Below, piece after piece: positions 28,975-36,891 of a stretch of 64,000 nt of DNA. Position 1 is the first letter of the stretch; each line of letters begins with the position of its first letter. The stretch is from an uncultured Candidatus Binatia bacterium (GTDB taxonomy: Bacteria; Desulfobacterota; Binatia; UBA9968; JAJDTQ01). The notes beneath the pieces are model-generated. The model was not told where the DNA came from. It saw only the letters and a list, made by a program, of their open reading frames with translations, and did not search any database. Both the position numbers and the translations under genes were made by a program. The stretch covers positions 1,216,001 to 1,280,000 of the forward strand of contig OZ251459.1 of the NCBI GenBank assembly GCA_965242525.1, written 5' to 3'.

Positions 28975-29804
28975 ACCCTTACGCCACCGCGTTCGTGATG
29001 TTCCTCTACCAGTTGTCGGTGGGGGGGCTGGTGGGCCTGTCGGTGACGCCTTTCACCGAGCTGGAGCGCGGCTTCTACAAGTCCACCGCAGGCGTGCTGG
29101 TTGCGGCCGCGGTGCTGGCCCTCTGGGGGCGTCTCGACCTACTGCCGGATACCCCGGGCATCGGAGACATCATAAGCATCGTTCTATTGGGTAGTTTCAC
29201 CGTTTTCCTGATCCTGTACTTCATATCCCTCTGGGGCGAGCGCGCGTTCCTGCGGGCGCGCTTCTTCTCCACCGCGGTACTCACCGGCCTCGCCGGGGTC
29301 ATGGCCGCCTCCTACGGGTTCTCCCATTCCCCGGTGGGGCCGGTGGAAGCCGTGTTCCTTCCGGTCAGCTTCGTGGTCTCGTCGCTGCTCCTGGGGGCGG
29401 TCACCGTGGGCATGCTCATCGGCCACTGGTACCTGATCGAGACCGGCCAGAGCCTGGAGCCGTTCCTCCGGGTGTTCCGGTTCTTCGTCACCATGCTGGT
29501 GGTCCAGACCGGCCTGGAGGCCCTCGGCGCCGCCCTGCTCTACCTGTTCGGCACCGCGCATACCGCGGCCACGGTCCGCGGCCTCTTCGAGGACCACCTG
29601 TTGCTGCTGTCCTCGCGGTTCCTGGTGGCCCAGGCCGCTCCGCTGGCGCTTTCCTGGATGATCTGGAAGACCCTCGCCGACTTCCGCAACACCATGGCGG
29701 CCACGGGCCTCTTCTACATCGCGCTGCTGGGCGTGTTCGTGGGAGAGCTGCTGTCCAGCCAGATCCTGGCCCTGGCCGGCATGGTCGGACGAGGAGCGCC
29801 GTAA
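28971..29804 (+). CDS. Polytopic membrane protein of unknown function (GHWYL motif)
   Basis: About 8 hydrophobic segments; GTG start overlaps the ubiE stop; MLIGHWYL and TMAATGLFY. Confidence 0.75.
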   Translation: MNPYATAFVMFLYQLSVGGLVGLSVTPFTELERGFYKSTAGVLVAAAVLALWGRLDLLPDTPGIGDIISIVLLGSFTVFLILYFISLWGERAFLRARFFSTAVLTGLAGVMAASYGFSHSPVGPVEAVFLPVSFVVSSLLLGAVTVGMLIGHWYLIETGQSLEPFLRVFRFFVTMLVVQTGLEALGAALLYLFGTAHTAATVRGLFEDHLLLLSSRFLVAQAAPLALSWMIWKTLADFRNTMAATGLFYIALLGVFVGELLSSQILALAGMVGRGAP

Positions 29805-29860
29805 CCGCCCGCCGGCGGTCGGCCCGGAAGCCCCTCGACCCCGCCCGTCAACCCGCTGTC

Positions 29861-30120
29861 GGAAACTCCGAACGATCGTCTCCGTTCGTCCCGAGCGCAG
29901 GGAAGGGAGGGAGACACGCGGGGGTGGACGTTGTCCTGGGGGCCGTTCGTCCTGAGCGTAGCGAAAGGAGACCGGCATGAAGACGATGGCAAAACGAGCG
30001 TCCCCGTTCTCCTGAGCGCAGGAAAGCCTCTCCGTTCGTCCTGAGCGTAGCGAAGCGAAGTCGAAGGACGCGCTTTTCCACAGGGAGAGGGAGTCCGAGC
30101 CGGAATTGACCAGACGTCCC
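29861..30120. mobile_element. MITE-like element with degenerate terminal inverted repeats enclosing four REP-type units
   Basis: Left GGAAACTCCGAACGAT, right ATTGACCAGACGTCCC; internal CCGTTCGTCCTGAGCGTAGCGAAG-type units near 29882, 29943, 30003 and 30032. Confidence 0.65.
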
Positions 30121-30491
30121 TATTCCGCGGGCTCTTCGCCGGCCGCCGCCGCCATCGGCGCTTCCCGGGGAGCCGGTTCCGGCCGCCGCCGGTCCTGCTG
30201 GGGATAGGTCTTGATCTTCGTGACCCGGAGCCCGTGCCCGACCCAGCCCAGGTCGTATCCCACCACCATGCCCTCCCTCAGGCCCTTGGGCGAGGCCACC
30301 GGGCCGGACATCAGCACCATCTGGTACGAGAACTTCACCTCCCTGCCGCTCGCGGTGCGGACCACGCCCGTGTTCTTCCGGGGCGAGAGCCGGGTGACGA
30401 TCCCGTGGTAGTACAGGTCCGGCTGCTGCGCGGCGGCCGGGCCTCCGGCGCCCGCGTCAGGAGCCGCAGCCTTGGCGTCGTCTTCAACCAT
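30120..30491 (-). CDS. Hypothetical protein, cold-shock/OB-fold-like core
   Basis: YHGIVTRL....TGVVRT..GREVKF....LREGMVVGY resembles the CSD beta-barrel pattern; disordered ends. Confidence 0.6.
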   Translation of the reverse strand: MVEDDAKAAAPDAGAGGPAAAQQPDLYYHGIVTRLSPRKNTGVVRTASGREVKFSYQMVLMSGPVASPKGLREGMVVGYDLGWVGHGLRVTKIKTYPQQDRRRPEPAPREAPMAAAAGEEPAE

Positions 30492-30545
30492 CCGCGGTAC
30501 CCTCGTCGTCGGACCATGCCATGCCCTTCCATCCTACCGCATAAG

Positions 30546-30850
30546 GGAACGTCTGAACAATCGAGACAAAGGGGGATGGTTCCCGAGAAAGCCCAGCTAC
30601 TCGTCCCAGCTACTCGTCATTCCCGCGAAAGCCCCGCCCCGTCATTCCCGCGAAAGTCCCGCCACGTCATTCCCGCGAAAGCGGGAATCCAGACCTTGCG
30701 AGCAAGCCCCATGGGTCTGTATGAGAGGTTTGTACAACGAGCTCAATGAAACTGGATGGATTCCCGCTTTCGCGGGAATGACGGAAGGTGGGGCGTCTGA
30801 GGGAATGACGGAAGGTGAGGCGTCTGCGGGAACGATGGACAGGCGTCTGC
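30546..30850. mobile_element. MITE-like element carrying a dRS3-like REPIN (core 30665-30783)
   Basis: Left end GGAACGTCTGAACAAT; perfect 27-bp inverted repeats cgtcattcccgcgaaagcgggaatcca (30665-30691, 30757-30783); extra tandem half-units on both sides; right end degenerate. Confidence 0.75.
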
Positions 30851-30893
30851 CGGAAGATATCTCGTTGGCCGGCGACGGAAACGTCGAACGCCG

Positions 30894-30906
30894 TAACCCG
30901 TTGATA
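30894..30906. promoter_or_regulatory. IHF binding site
   Basis: TAACCCGTTGATA is an exact match to the IHF consensus YAANNNNTTGATW. Confidence 0.6.
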
Positions 30907-31021
30907 TACCTTGCGTTCCTCTAACCGCGGCCCGCCGTCAACGACGCGCGGCCCGCGGCCAACGACGAAATGGTCGAACGCGGCGCGGTCGAATTCATCG
31001 GGATTTCGGTCACTTGGGGAG

Positions 31022-31038
31022 TTGGCACGGAATATGCT
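31022..31038 (+). promoter_or_regulatory. sigma54 (-24/-12) promoter
   Basis: TTGGCACGGAATATGCT versus consensus YTGGCACGRNNNTTGCW, one mismatch. Confidence 0.75.
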
Positions 31039-31068
31039 TTAAGTTTCCTGTGTTGTGCTACTGTATCG

Positions 31069-31077
31069 TGCTATAAT
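31069..31077 (+). promoter_or_regulatory. Extended -10 sigma70 element
   Basis: TGCTATAAT (TGn-TATAAT) in an AT-rich patch upstream of 31190. Confidence 0.55.
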
Positions 31078-31189
31078 CGGTATCATGGGTCCGTACAACG
31101 GCTCGGAGGGATTCCGGCGCAGAACTTCCACCAATTCGGAACGGAATGTGCTACGTTGCGTTCCCCGACGGAGTATGACGAGGTAGCAT

Positions 31190-32239
31190 GTGTCCACGCA
31201 ACTGAAATCCACCGCCAGCGCCGCCAAGGCGCCCTCGCAGGCCGTCCAGCTCGCCGGCATCGCCGACGAGTTCTCCATGGGCGAGTTCTTCTCCGCCACC
31301 GGGATCCACCGGGAACCCGCAGGTTCCTTCTTCATCGTGGACACCAAACGCGGCAAGTTCATCGTCTCCATCGAGGGGTTCAAGAGCGAGAACGAGGTAA
31401 AGCACGACATCGACCTGCTCCTGTTCCTGAGACGCCACGGGTTCCAGTGCCAGCACCCCCTGAAGAGCCGCGGCGGGCAGCACTACCTGAACGCCGAAGG
31501 CAGGTTCATCTCCGCCAGCCGCAACATCGACGGCGTGGAGGTGCCGGTGGGGAACCTTACCCCGACGCAACTCGGAGCCGCGGGGCGCGCGCTCGCCGAC
31601 CTCCACCTCATCGGAAGGGGCTACAAGAAGGGAGGCGAGAACCGCTTCTCCTTTCCCCGGGTGGCCGCCATGTACCACGAGGTCCGAAAGAGCCTGCCCG
31701 CGCACCTCAAGTCCATCGTCCGGGTGCTGGACGACGAGGTCTGCTTTCTCGAAGGTTATCTGGACAACAACCTGCCCAAGGGCATCATCCACGGGAACCT
31801 GTCCTGGGAAAGCATGAAGTTCAAGGGGTCGCGCTTGGTGGGGATCATGAACTTCGACCGGGCCTGCCGCGGCAAGTTCATCTGCGACCTCGCCACCACG
31901 GTCAACGCCGTCTGCTACCACGGAGGACGTTACCGGCTGGAGCGGTTCGAGGATCTGATCCTGGGCTACGAGGGTCTTCGACCCCTTTCCCTGCCCGAGT
32001 GGGACTCCTTCCCCAACGAGCTCCGGTTCTCCGCCCTGAGGACCGCCATCACCAGCCTGTACGACTTCTACCTGCGGCAGAACGGCGAGCGGCAGCGCAT
32101 CCAGAAGGCGTTCATCGAGTTCTTCGAACGGCTGCTGATCCTGAGACGGGAGAAGGACGGCGGCATGGAAGACCTGCTCCTGTCCATGGCCACCGGATAC
32201 GACTACCGGAAATACCAGAAGTCCAAGCCTTCCCGGTGA
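31190..32239 (+). CDS. Homoserine kinase type II (APH/ePK-like fold) homologue, predicted pseudokinase
   Basis: ThrB-like layout (ALADLH, LPKGIIH, DLA, GY...RPLS), but HGNLSWES replaces HxDxxxxN and NFD replaces DF; GTG start with GAGGT SD. Confidence 0.8.
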   Translation: MSTQLKSTASAAKAPSQAVQLAGIADEFSMGEFFSATGIHREPAGSFFIVDTKRGKFIVSIEGFKSENEVKHDIDLLLFLRRHGFQCQHPLKSRGGQHYLNAEGRFISASRNIDGVEVPVGNLTPTQLGAAGRALADLHLIGRGYKKGGENRFSFPRVAAMYHEVRKSLPAHLKSIVRVLDDEVCFLEGYLDNNLPKGIIHGNLSWESMKFKGSRLVGIMNFDRACRGKFICDLATTVNAVCYHGGRYRLERFEDLILGYEGLRPLSLPEWDSFPNELRFSALRTAITSLYDFYLRQNGERQRIQKAFIEFFERLLILRREKDGGMEDLLLSMATGYDYRKYQKSKPSR

Positions 32240-32257
32240 CCGCGGCCCCAAGCGCAC

Positions 32258-32289
32258 GGGAGTCCGAGCCGGAATGGACCGGACGTTCC
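32258..32289. repeat. MITE right-end remnant
   Basis: 29/32 nt identical to 30089-30120. Confidence 0.7.
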
Positions 32290-32300
32290 GGAAGTCAACC

Positions 32301-33038
32301 ATGACGCGATGCTACGTGATCGGCGACGTCCACGGGTGTCCGGGCGAGTTGGCCGCGCTGGTGGAGGCGCTGCCGCTGGAGCGCGAAGACACGCTGGTCT
32401 TCCTCGGCGACTACATCGACCGGGGACCCGACTCCAGGGGAGTGGTGGACTTCCTCGCGGGCCTGGGCAGGGAACGGAAGACGGTCTTCCTCCGGGGCAA
32501 CCACGAGGACATGATGCTGTCGTTCATGGGCCTTTCCGGGCGGCACGGCGACGCGTTCCTGATGAACGGAGGCCTGGAGACGCTGGCGAGCTACGGCGTC
32601 GCCGCTCCCGCAGGGTCCCCTACCCCCGCGGACGGCGAACGCCTGCTGTCGGCGTTGCCGACCCACCACGCCGCGTTCTTCATGGGACTGGAGCCCTGGC
32701 GCTTCATGGACGGGTTCCTGTGCGTGCACGCGGGCGTCAACCCGGAACGGTCCTGGGAGCAGCAGGCGGGCGAGGAACTCCTCTGGATCCGCGACCACTT
32801 CATATTCAGTCCGCACTCCCTGGCCGAGACGGTGCTGTTCGGCCATACCCCCATGAAAGAGGTGTTCTTCGACCTTCCCTACAAGGTCGGCCTCGATACC
32901 GGCCTCGTTTACGGCAACGCCCTGAGCTGCCTGGAGGTCGCGGACCGGACCCTGTACCAGATACGCCGGGGGAGCCGCCGGGTCTCGGTGACGGAGGTGG
33001 GACACCACTGGAGCAAAACCCGTTCGTCCCGAGCGTAG
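32301..33038 (+). CDS. Metallophosphoesterase (PPP/PrpA-like Ser/Thr phosphatase)
   Basis: GDVHG, GDYIDRG, RGNHE, HAG, FGHTP, DTG. Confidence 0.93.
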   Translation: MTRCYVIGDVHGCPGELAALVEALPLEREDTLVFLGDYIDRGPDSRGVVDFLAGLGRERKTVFLRGNHEDMMLSFMGLSGRHGDAFLMNGGLETLASYGVAAPAGSPTPADGERLLSALPTHHAAFFMGLEPWRFMDGFLCVHAGVNPERSWEQQAGEELLWIRDHFIFSPHSLAETVLFGHTPMKEVFFDLPYKVGLDTGLVYGNALSCLEVADRTLYQIRRGSRRVSVTEVGHHWSKTRSSRA

Positions 33039-33089
33039 CGAAGCGGAGTCCTCCGTTCATCCTGAGCGTAGCGTAGCGGAGTCGAAGGA
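33020..33089 (+). repeat. Two tandem REP-like units
   Basis: ccgttcgtcccgagcgtagcgaagcggagtc and ccgttcatcctgagcgtagcgtagcggagtcgaagga between convergent genes. Confidence 0.8.
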
Positions 33090-33096
33090 CGCGCTC

Positions 33097-34197
33097 CTAC
33101 GGGTGCACGGTCTCCAGGAACCAGTCCGTGGGGATCTCCCGGCCGAGGCCCCCGGCCTTGGCGTCCTCGTAAACCGCGGCGCCGACGGCCGCGAACTGGA
33201 CCCCCAGCCCGATGTTGTTCACGAAGCAGGTGGACTCGTCGGCTCGCGTGCGCCCGGCCGCCTTCCCCGCCACCACGTCCTTCAACTCCGGCGCATCGAT
33301 CCAGGGCGGCGCCTCGGGCCGCGGCGCCGCGGCCCTGTCCGCGGCGGTGAGGAACTCGATGGGGTCATGGGCCTCCACCTTCTCGTCCCCCATGCCGGCG
33401 ATGTAGTTCTCGGGAGCGACCTTGCGCGTGTGGATGACCACCCGGTCGGCTCGCCCGATGGTCTCGTCGCCCAGTTCGGAGGTCTTGACGCAGGTGAAGT
33501 GCACCCCGGGCCTGACCCACTCCGGCGGAACCACCCGCGTGATGGCGTTGGTGGCGGCCACCAGCACGTCCGCGCGGGACGCCGCTTGGGCCGCGTCCTC
33601 GCAGGGCTCCACCGGGACCCCGACCCGCGCCGCCATCTCCCGGGCGAATGCCTCGCGGTTGGCCCGGGTGGGGCTGAACGCCAGCACCTTCTCGAACGGG
33701 CGCACCTTGCAGAACGCCTCCACGTGGGCCCGGGCCTGCCAACCGGAGCCCAAGACCCCCAGGCATGCCGCGTCGTCCCGGGCCAGGAAGCGGGCCGCCA
33801 GGGCGCTGGAGGCGGCCACGCGAAACGCCTGGATCACGCCGTCCGGGAAGATGGCCAGGGGCTCTCCGGTCTCGGCCGAGAACAGCAGCACGAGACCCAC
33901 CCATTTGCCGCCGGGCGCCTTGGGGACCTTCTCCTTGACCACCCGGTCGGCGCGCTTCTCCCAGCGGATGACGTCCGAGTTCAACCGCAGGGCCACGACC
34001 TTTGGGTCGAACAGGCCCGCCTCCATGGACTTGAACGCATAGACCCCCGAGGTCTCGGGAAACGGCAGGTAGAGGTCGGTGCGCGGACGGTTCACGGCCT
34101 CGCCGTCGGAAAGTTGACGGTAGGCCCTGTCCAGCACCGCAATGCACGATTCCATGGAGAGCAGGGTCTCGATCTCGTCGTTGTTCAGGATCAGCAT
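33097..34197 (-). CDS. Ornithine cyclodeaminase/mu-crystallin family protein
   Basis: ETGEPLA, RVAASSA, GSGWQA, GRTRADE..F.N.G.GVQ. Confidence 0.9.
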   Translation of the reverse strand: MLILNNDEIETLLSMESCIAVLDRAYRQLSDGEAVNRPRTDLYLPFPETSGVYAFKSMEAGLFDPKVVALRLNSDVIRWEKRADRVVKEKVPKAPGGKWVGLVLLFSAETGEPLAIFPDGVIQAFRVAASSALAARFLARDDAACLGVLGSGWQARAHVEAFCKVRPFEKVLAFSPTRANREAFAREMAARVGVPVEPCEDAAQAASRADVLVAATNAITRVVPPEWVRPGVHFTCVKTSELGDETIGRADRVVIHTRKVAPENYIAGMGDEKVEAHDPIEFLTAADRAAAPRPEAPPWIDAPELKDVVAGKAAGRTRADESTCFVNNIGLGVQFAAVGAAVYEDAKAGGLGREIPTDWFLETVHP

Positions 34198-34231
34198 GTG
34201 GGTATCCTCGAGGGACGCGGGTCCCGGCTGG

Positions 34232-35335
34232 CTAGTCCCGGATGTCCTGCAGCAGCCACTCGGTGGGGATCTCCTTCCCCAGCCCCCGCTCCCTGGCCAA
34301 CTCGTACACCTTTCCGGCCACCGAATAGAACTGGACCCCCTGCACGTTCCCCCGTTCCGAGTAGGTGACCTGCGCCGGGGACGTCCGGCCCTTGCGCCGT
34401 CCGGCGAGCAGGTCCGCCAGCATCACGTTCTTGTCGCCGCCCTGCACGCCGTGGGCCCGGCGGCGCTTGCGCTTCATCCGGAAGCCGGCGTCCTCGTCGG
34501 GCTGCGCCGCGTAGGTGACGTACTCGTCGGGCAGCCCGAACTCCTCCAGCCCCCAGGGAGCCGGCGCCGTGCCCAGCCGGAGCGAGACGTCGATGCGCTC
34601 GAACGTGGCCGCGTCCGGCCGCCCGCCGATGCAGGTGATGTGGGTTCCCGGCTCCACCGCCGCCCCCTTGACGATGTCCACGGCCGAGTCGGTGCACCCC
34701 GCGATGATGTCCGCCCCCTCGTACACCGAGTCCGGGTCGCCCAGGGGCGCCGCCTCCACGCCGAACCGCTCGGCCATCTCCCGGGCGTACTGCTCCCGGT
34801 GCTCCCGGGTGGGGCTGTAAACCTGCACCCGTCGTATGTCGCGGACCTGCATGAACGCTTCCATGTGGGACCGGGCCATGCCCCCCGAGCCGATCATGCC
34901 CACCACCGCGGCGTCCTCCCGGGCCATGTACTTGGCGCCGATGCCCGAGTCCGCGCCCACGCGCATGTGCTGGAGGTAGCCGTCGTTCAGCAACGCCAGC
35001 GGCTCGCCGTTGTGGATGTTCGTGAGCAGGATCAGGCCGCAGAAGCGCCCCGGACGGACACAGTACTTCTCCTGGGTGACCGCGCCCTCGTACTCCTGCT
35101 CGTAGATCACGTCCGACTTCATGCGGATGGCGAAGTACCCCGAGGTGGAGCCGCCCTCCATGGTGCCCCACTGGTACATCTTGCCCGGGTCGGACGTGGG
35201 CACCTGCAGGTCGATGCGCGGACGGCACACGGCCTCCTTCTCCACCAGCTCGACGTAGGCCTTCTCCAGGGCGGCCATGGTGACTTCCATGGTGAGGACC
35301 TGCTTCACGTCGTCGTTGTCGAGGATCAGAGTCAT
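34232..35335 (-). CDS. Ornithine cyclodeaminase/mu-crystallin family protein
   Basis: NGEPLA, RVGADS, GSGGMA, YSPT..HRE, GRTS..Q.T. Confidence 0.9.
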   Translation of the reverse strand: MTLILDNDDVKQVLTMEVTMAALEKAYVELVEKEAVCRPRIDLQVPTSDPGKMYQWGTMEGGSTSGYFAIRMKSDVIYEQEYEGAVTQEKYCVRPGRFCGLILLTNIHNGEPLALLNDGYLQHMRVGADSGIGAKYMAREDAAVVGMIGSGGMARSHMEAFMQVRDIRRVQVYSPTREHREQYAREMAERFGVEAAPLGDPDSVYEGADIIAGCTDSAVDIVKGAAVEPGTHITCIGGRPDAATFERIDVSLRLGTAPAPWGLEEFGLPDEYVTYAAQPDEDAGFRMKRKRRRAHGVQGGDKNVMLADLLAGRRKGRTSPAQVTYSERGNVQGVQFYSVAGKVYELARERGLGKEIPTEWLLQDIRD

Positions 35336-35378
35336 GGTCGCGTCCTTTCGAGGAACGTCCCGGAAACGCAGGTTTCCT

Positions 35379-36467
35379 TCACAGGGGCTCCCGCCATTCG
35401 GCGCCGTCGATGGGCAGCTCCATGCCCAGCCCCCGTTCCCGGGCCAACTGGTACAGGCGGCCGCCGATGGCCACGTCGGAGATTCCGACTCCGCCGGTGT
35501 TCTTGAACAGGGTGACTTGGACCGGGTCGGTGCGTCCCGGCCGCGCGCCGTTCAGCACCTCCCCCACCTCCACGATCTTGTCCCAGGAGATGACCCCGTT
35601 CTCCAGCCGCTCCATGAAGTCCCCGGGCTGGTCCACCCGCAGGGTTTCCCGGGAGTTCACCCCGATCACGTCCGCGCGCCGCATGCTCTCGTCGTCCAGC
35701 TCCTGGCGCATCCTGGAGACGAAACCGCCGCGCATGAGGCCGATGTTGCTCAACACGATGGAGGTCAGATGGACCCCGGGCTCCAGCCATTGGCCGTCCA
35801 GCACCGGCACGTTGGAGCTGGTGGCGGCCACCACCATGTCCACGTCCCGCACCGCCTCCCGGGCGCTGTCCACCGGCGCGATGTCCAGCCCGGTGAGGTC
35901 GCCCATCTCGTCGGCGAACTCCTTGCGGTGGGCGGGGTTCGGGCTGAACACCTTCACCCGGGTGAGGGTGCGGATCTCCCGCAGCGCGAGCAGGTGGTAC
36001 TTGGCCTGGTTCTGGGACCCCAACATGCCCACGGTAGCCGCGTCCGACCGGGCCAGGAGGTCCGTGCCCACTGCGCTGTTGGCCGCGGTGCGCAACGCGG
36101 ACACGCCGCTCAGGGAGAGCTCCCGCGGCCTCGGCTCGCCGATGATGATGCAGCGCAGCTCGCCGGTTTCGGAGTCGAAGAGCACCTGCGTGGGCCGTCC
36201 GCGGACCGGGAACGCCTCGATGGAATGCGCGCCCCGGGTCGGGTTTTTGGTCCACTCGCAGTGGGTCATGAGGCCGGTGACCCCCACCGAGGGAAGCCCG
36301 CCCTGGTGCACGCTGACGCGCACGTTGGAGGGCATGTGGGTACGGCGCCGCACCATGCTGACGTCGGGGTTCCTGGCCCACTCGGCGAACCCCTCCCGCA
36401 CCAGACCCACCGCTTCCTTCATGGTGATCAACCCGTCGATGTCTTCCGGACGCAGCACCAGTATCAT
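35379..36467 (-). CDS. Ornithine cyclodeaminase/mu-crystallin family protein
   Basis: FDSETGE, RTAANSA, GSQNQA, GRTD..QVTLFKN; start MILVLRPED. Confidence 0.9.
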   Translation of the reverse strand: MILVLRPEDIDGLITMKEAVGLVREGFAEWARNPDVSMVRRRTHMPSNVRVSVHQGGLPSVGVTGLMTHCEWTKNPTRGAHSIEAFPVRGRPTQVLFDSETGELRCIIIGEPRPRELSLSGVSALRTAANSAVGTDLLARSDAATVGMLGSQNQAKYHLLALREIRTLTRVKVFSPNPAHRKEFADEMGDLTGLDIAPVDSAREAVRDVDMVVAATSSNVPVLDGQWLEPGVHLTSIVLSNIGLMRGGFVSRMRQELDDESMRRADVIGVNSRETLRVDQPGDFMERLENGVISWDKIVEVGEVLNGARPGRTDPVQVTLFKNTGGVGISDVAIGGRLYQLARERGLGMELPIDGAEWREPL

Positions 36468-36889
36468 GGCAGAGCCCCCTTCCCTTTCGACAACCGTTCC
36501 CACCCGCCGTCCCGCAGCATCCGGATCAACGGCAGGTCCCCTTCGAGGAAATCCAGCTCCTCCAGTTCATGGACATGCGCCCAGGCCATGCGCTGGAACA
36601 CCCGGTTCCGCGGCGCTCCGCGGTAGGCTTGCACTTGGTAGAACGCCAGATCCACGCGGACGCCGTCGGCATAGACGTGGGAGTGACGGAAGACCTCGCA
36701 GGCCCTCTCCACCGCGATGTCCAGCTCCTCCCGGAGCTCCCTTCCCAGGGCCGCTCTCGCCTCCTCGTCCGCTTCGACCTTGCCGCCGGGAAACTCCCAC
36801 TTGTCCGGGAAGGCGCCGTCTCCCCGGCGTTGGCACACCAGGATGCGGTCGCCCCTGGACACGATGCCGGCCACCACCCGGAGCGCCAT
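36464..36889 (-). CDS. NUDIX hydrolase, MutT/NudG-like
   Basis: WEFPGGKVE..E....AL.REL.EEL Nudix box. Confidence 0.9.
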   Translation of the reverse strand: MALRVVAGIVSRGDRILVCQRRGDGAFPDKWEFPGGKVEADEEARAALGRELREELDIAVERACEVFRHSHVYADGVRVDLAFYQVQAYRGAPRNRVFQRMAWAHVHELEELDFLEGDLPLIRMLRDGGWERLSKGKGALP

Positions 36890-36891
36890 GG

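Noticed and set aside
29848-30081. Short ORFs such as RLRFATLRTNG and VIPAKAGIQ (also 30472, 32806, 57717, 61631)
   Set aside because: Translations of REP repeats, not genes.
30615-30830. Regularly spaced repeats resembling a CRISPR array
   Set aside because: Spacers are only about 8-17 nt and resemble each other, the arms are inverted, and no cas genes are present; REP-type.
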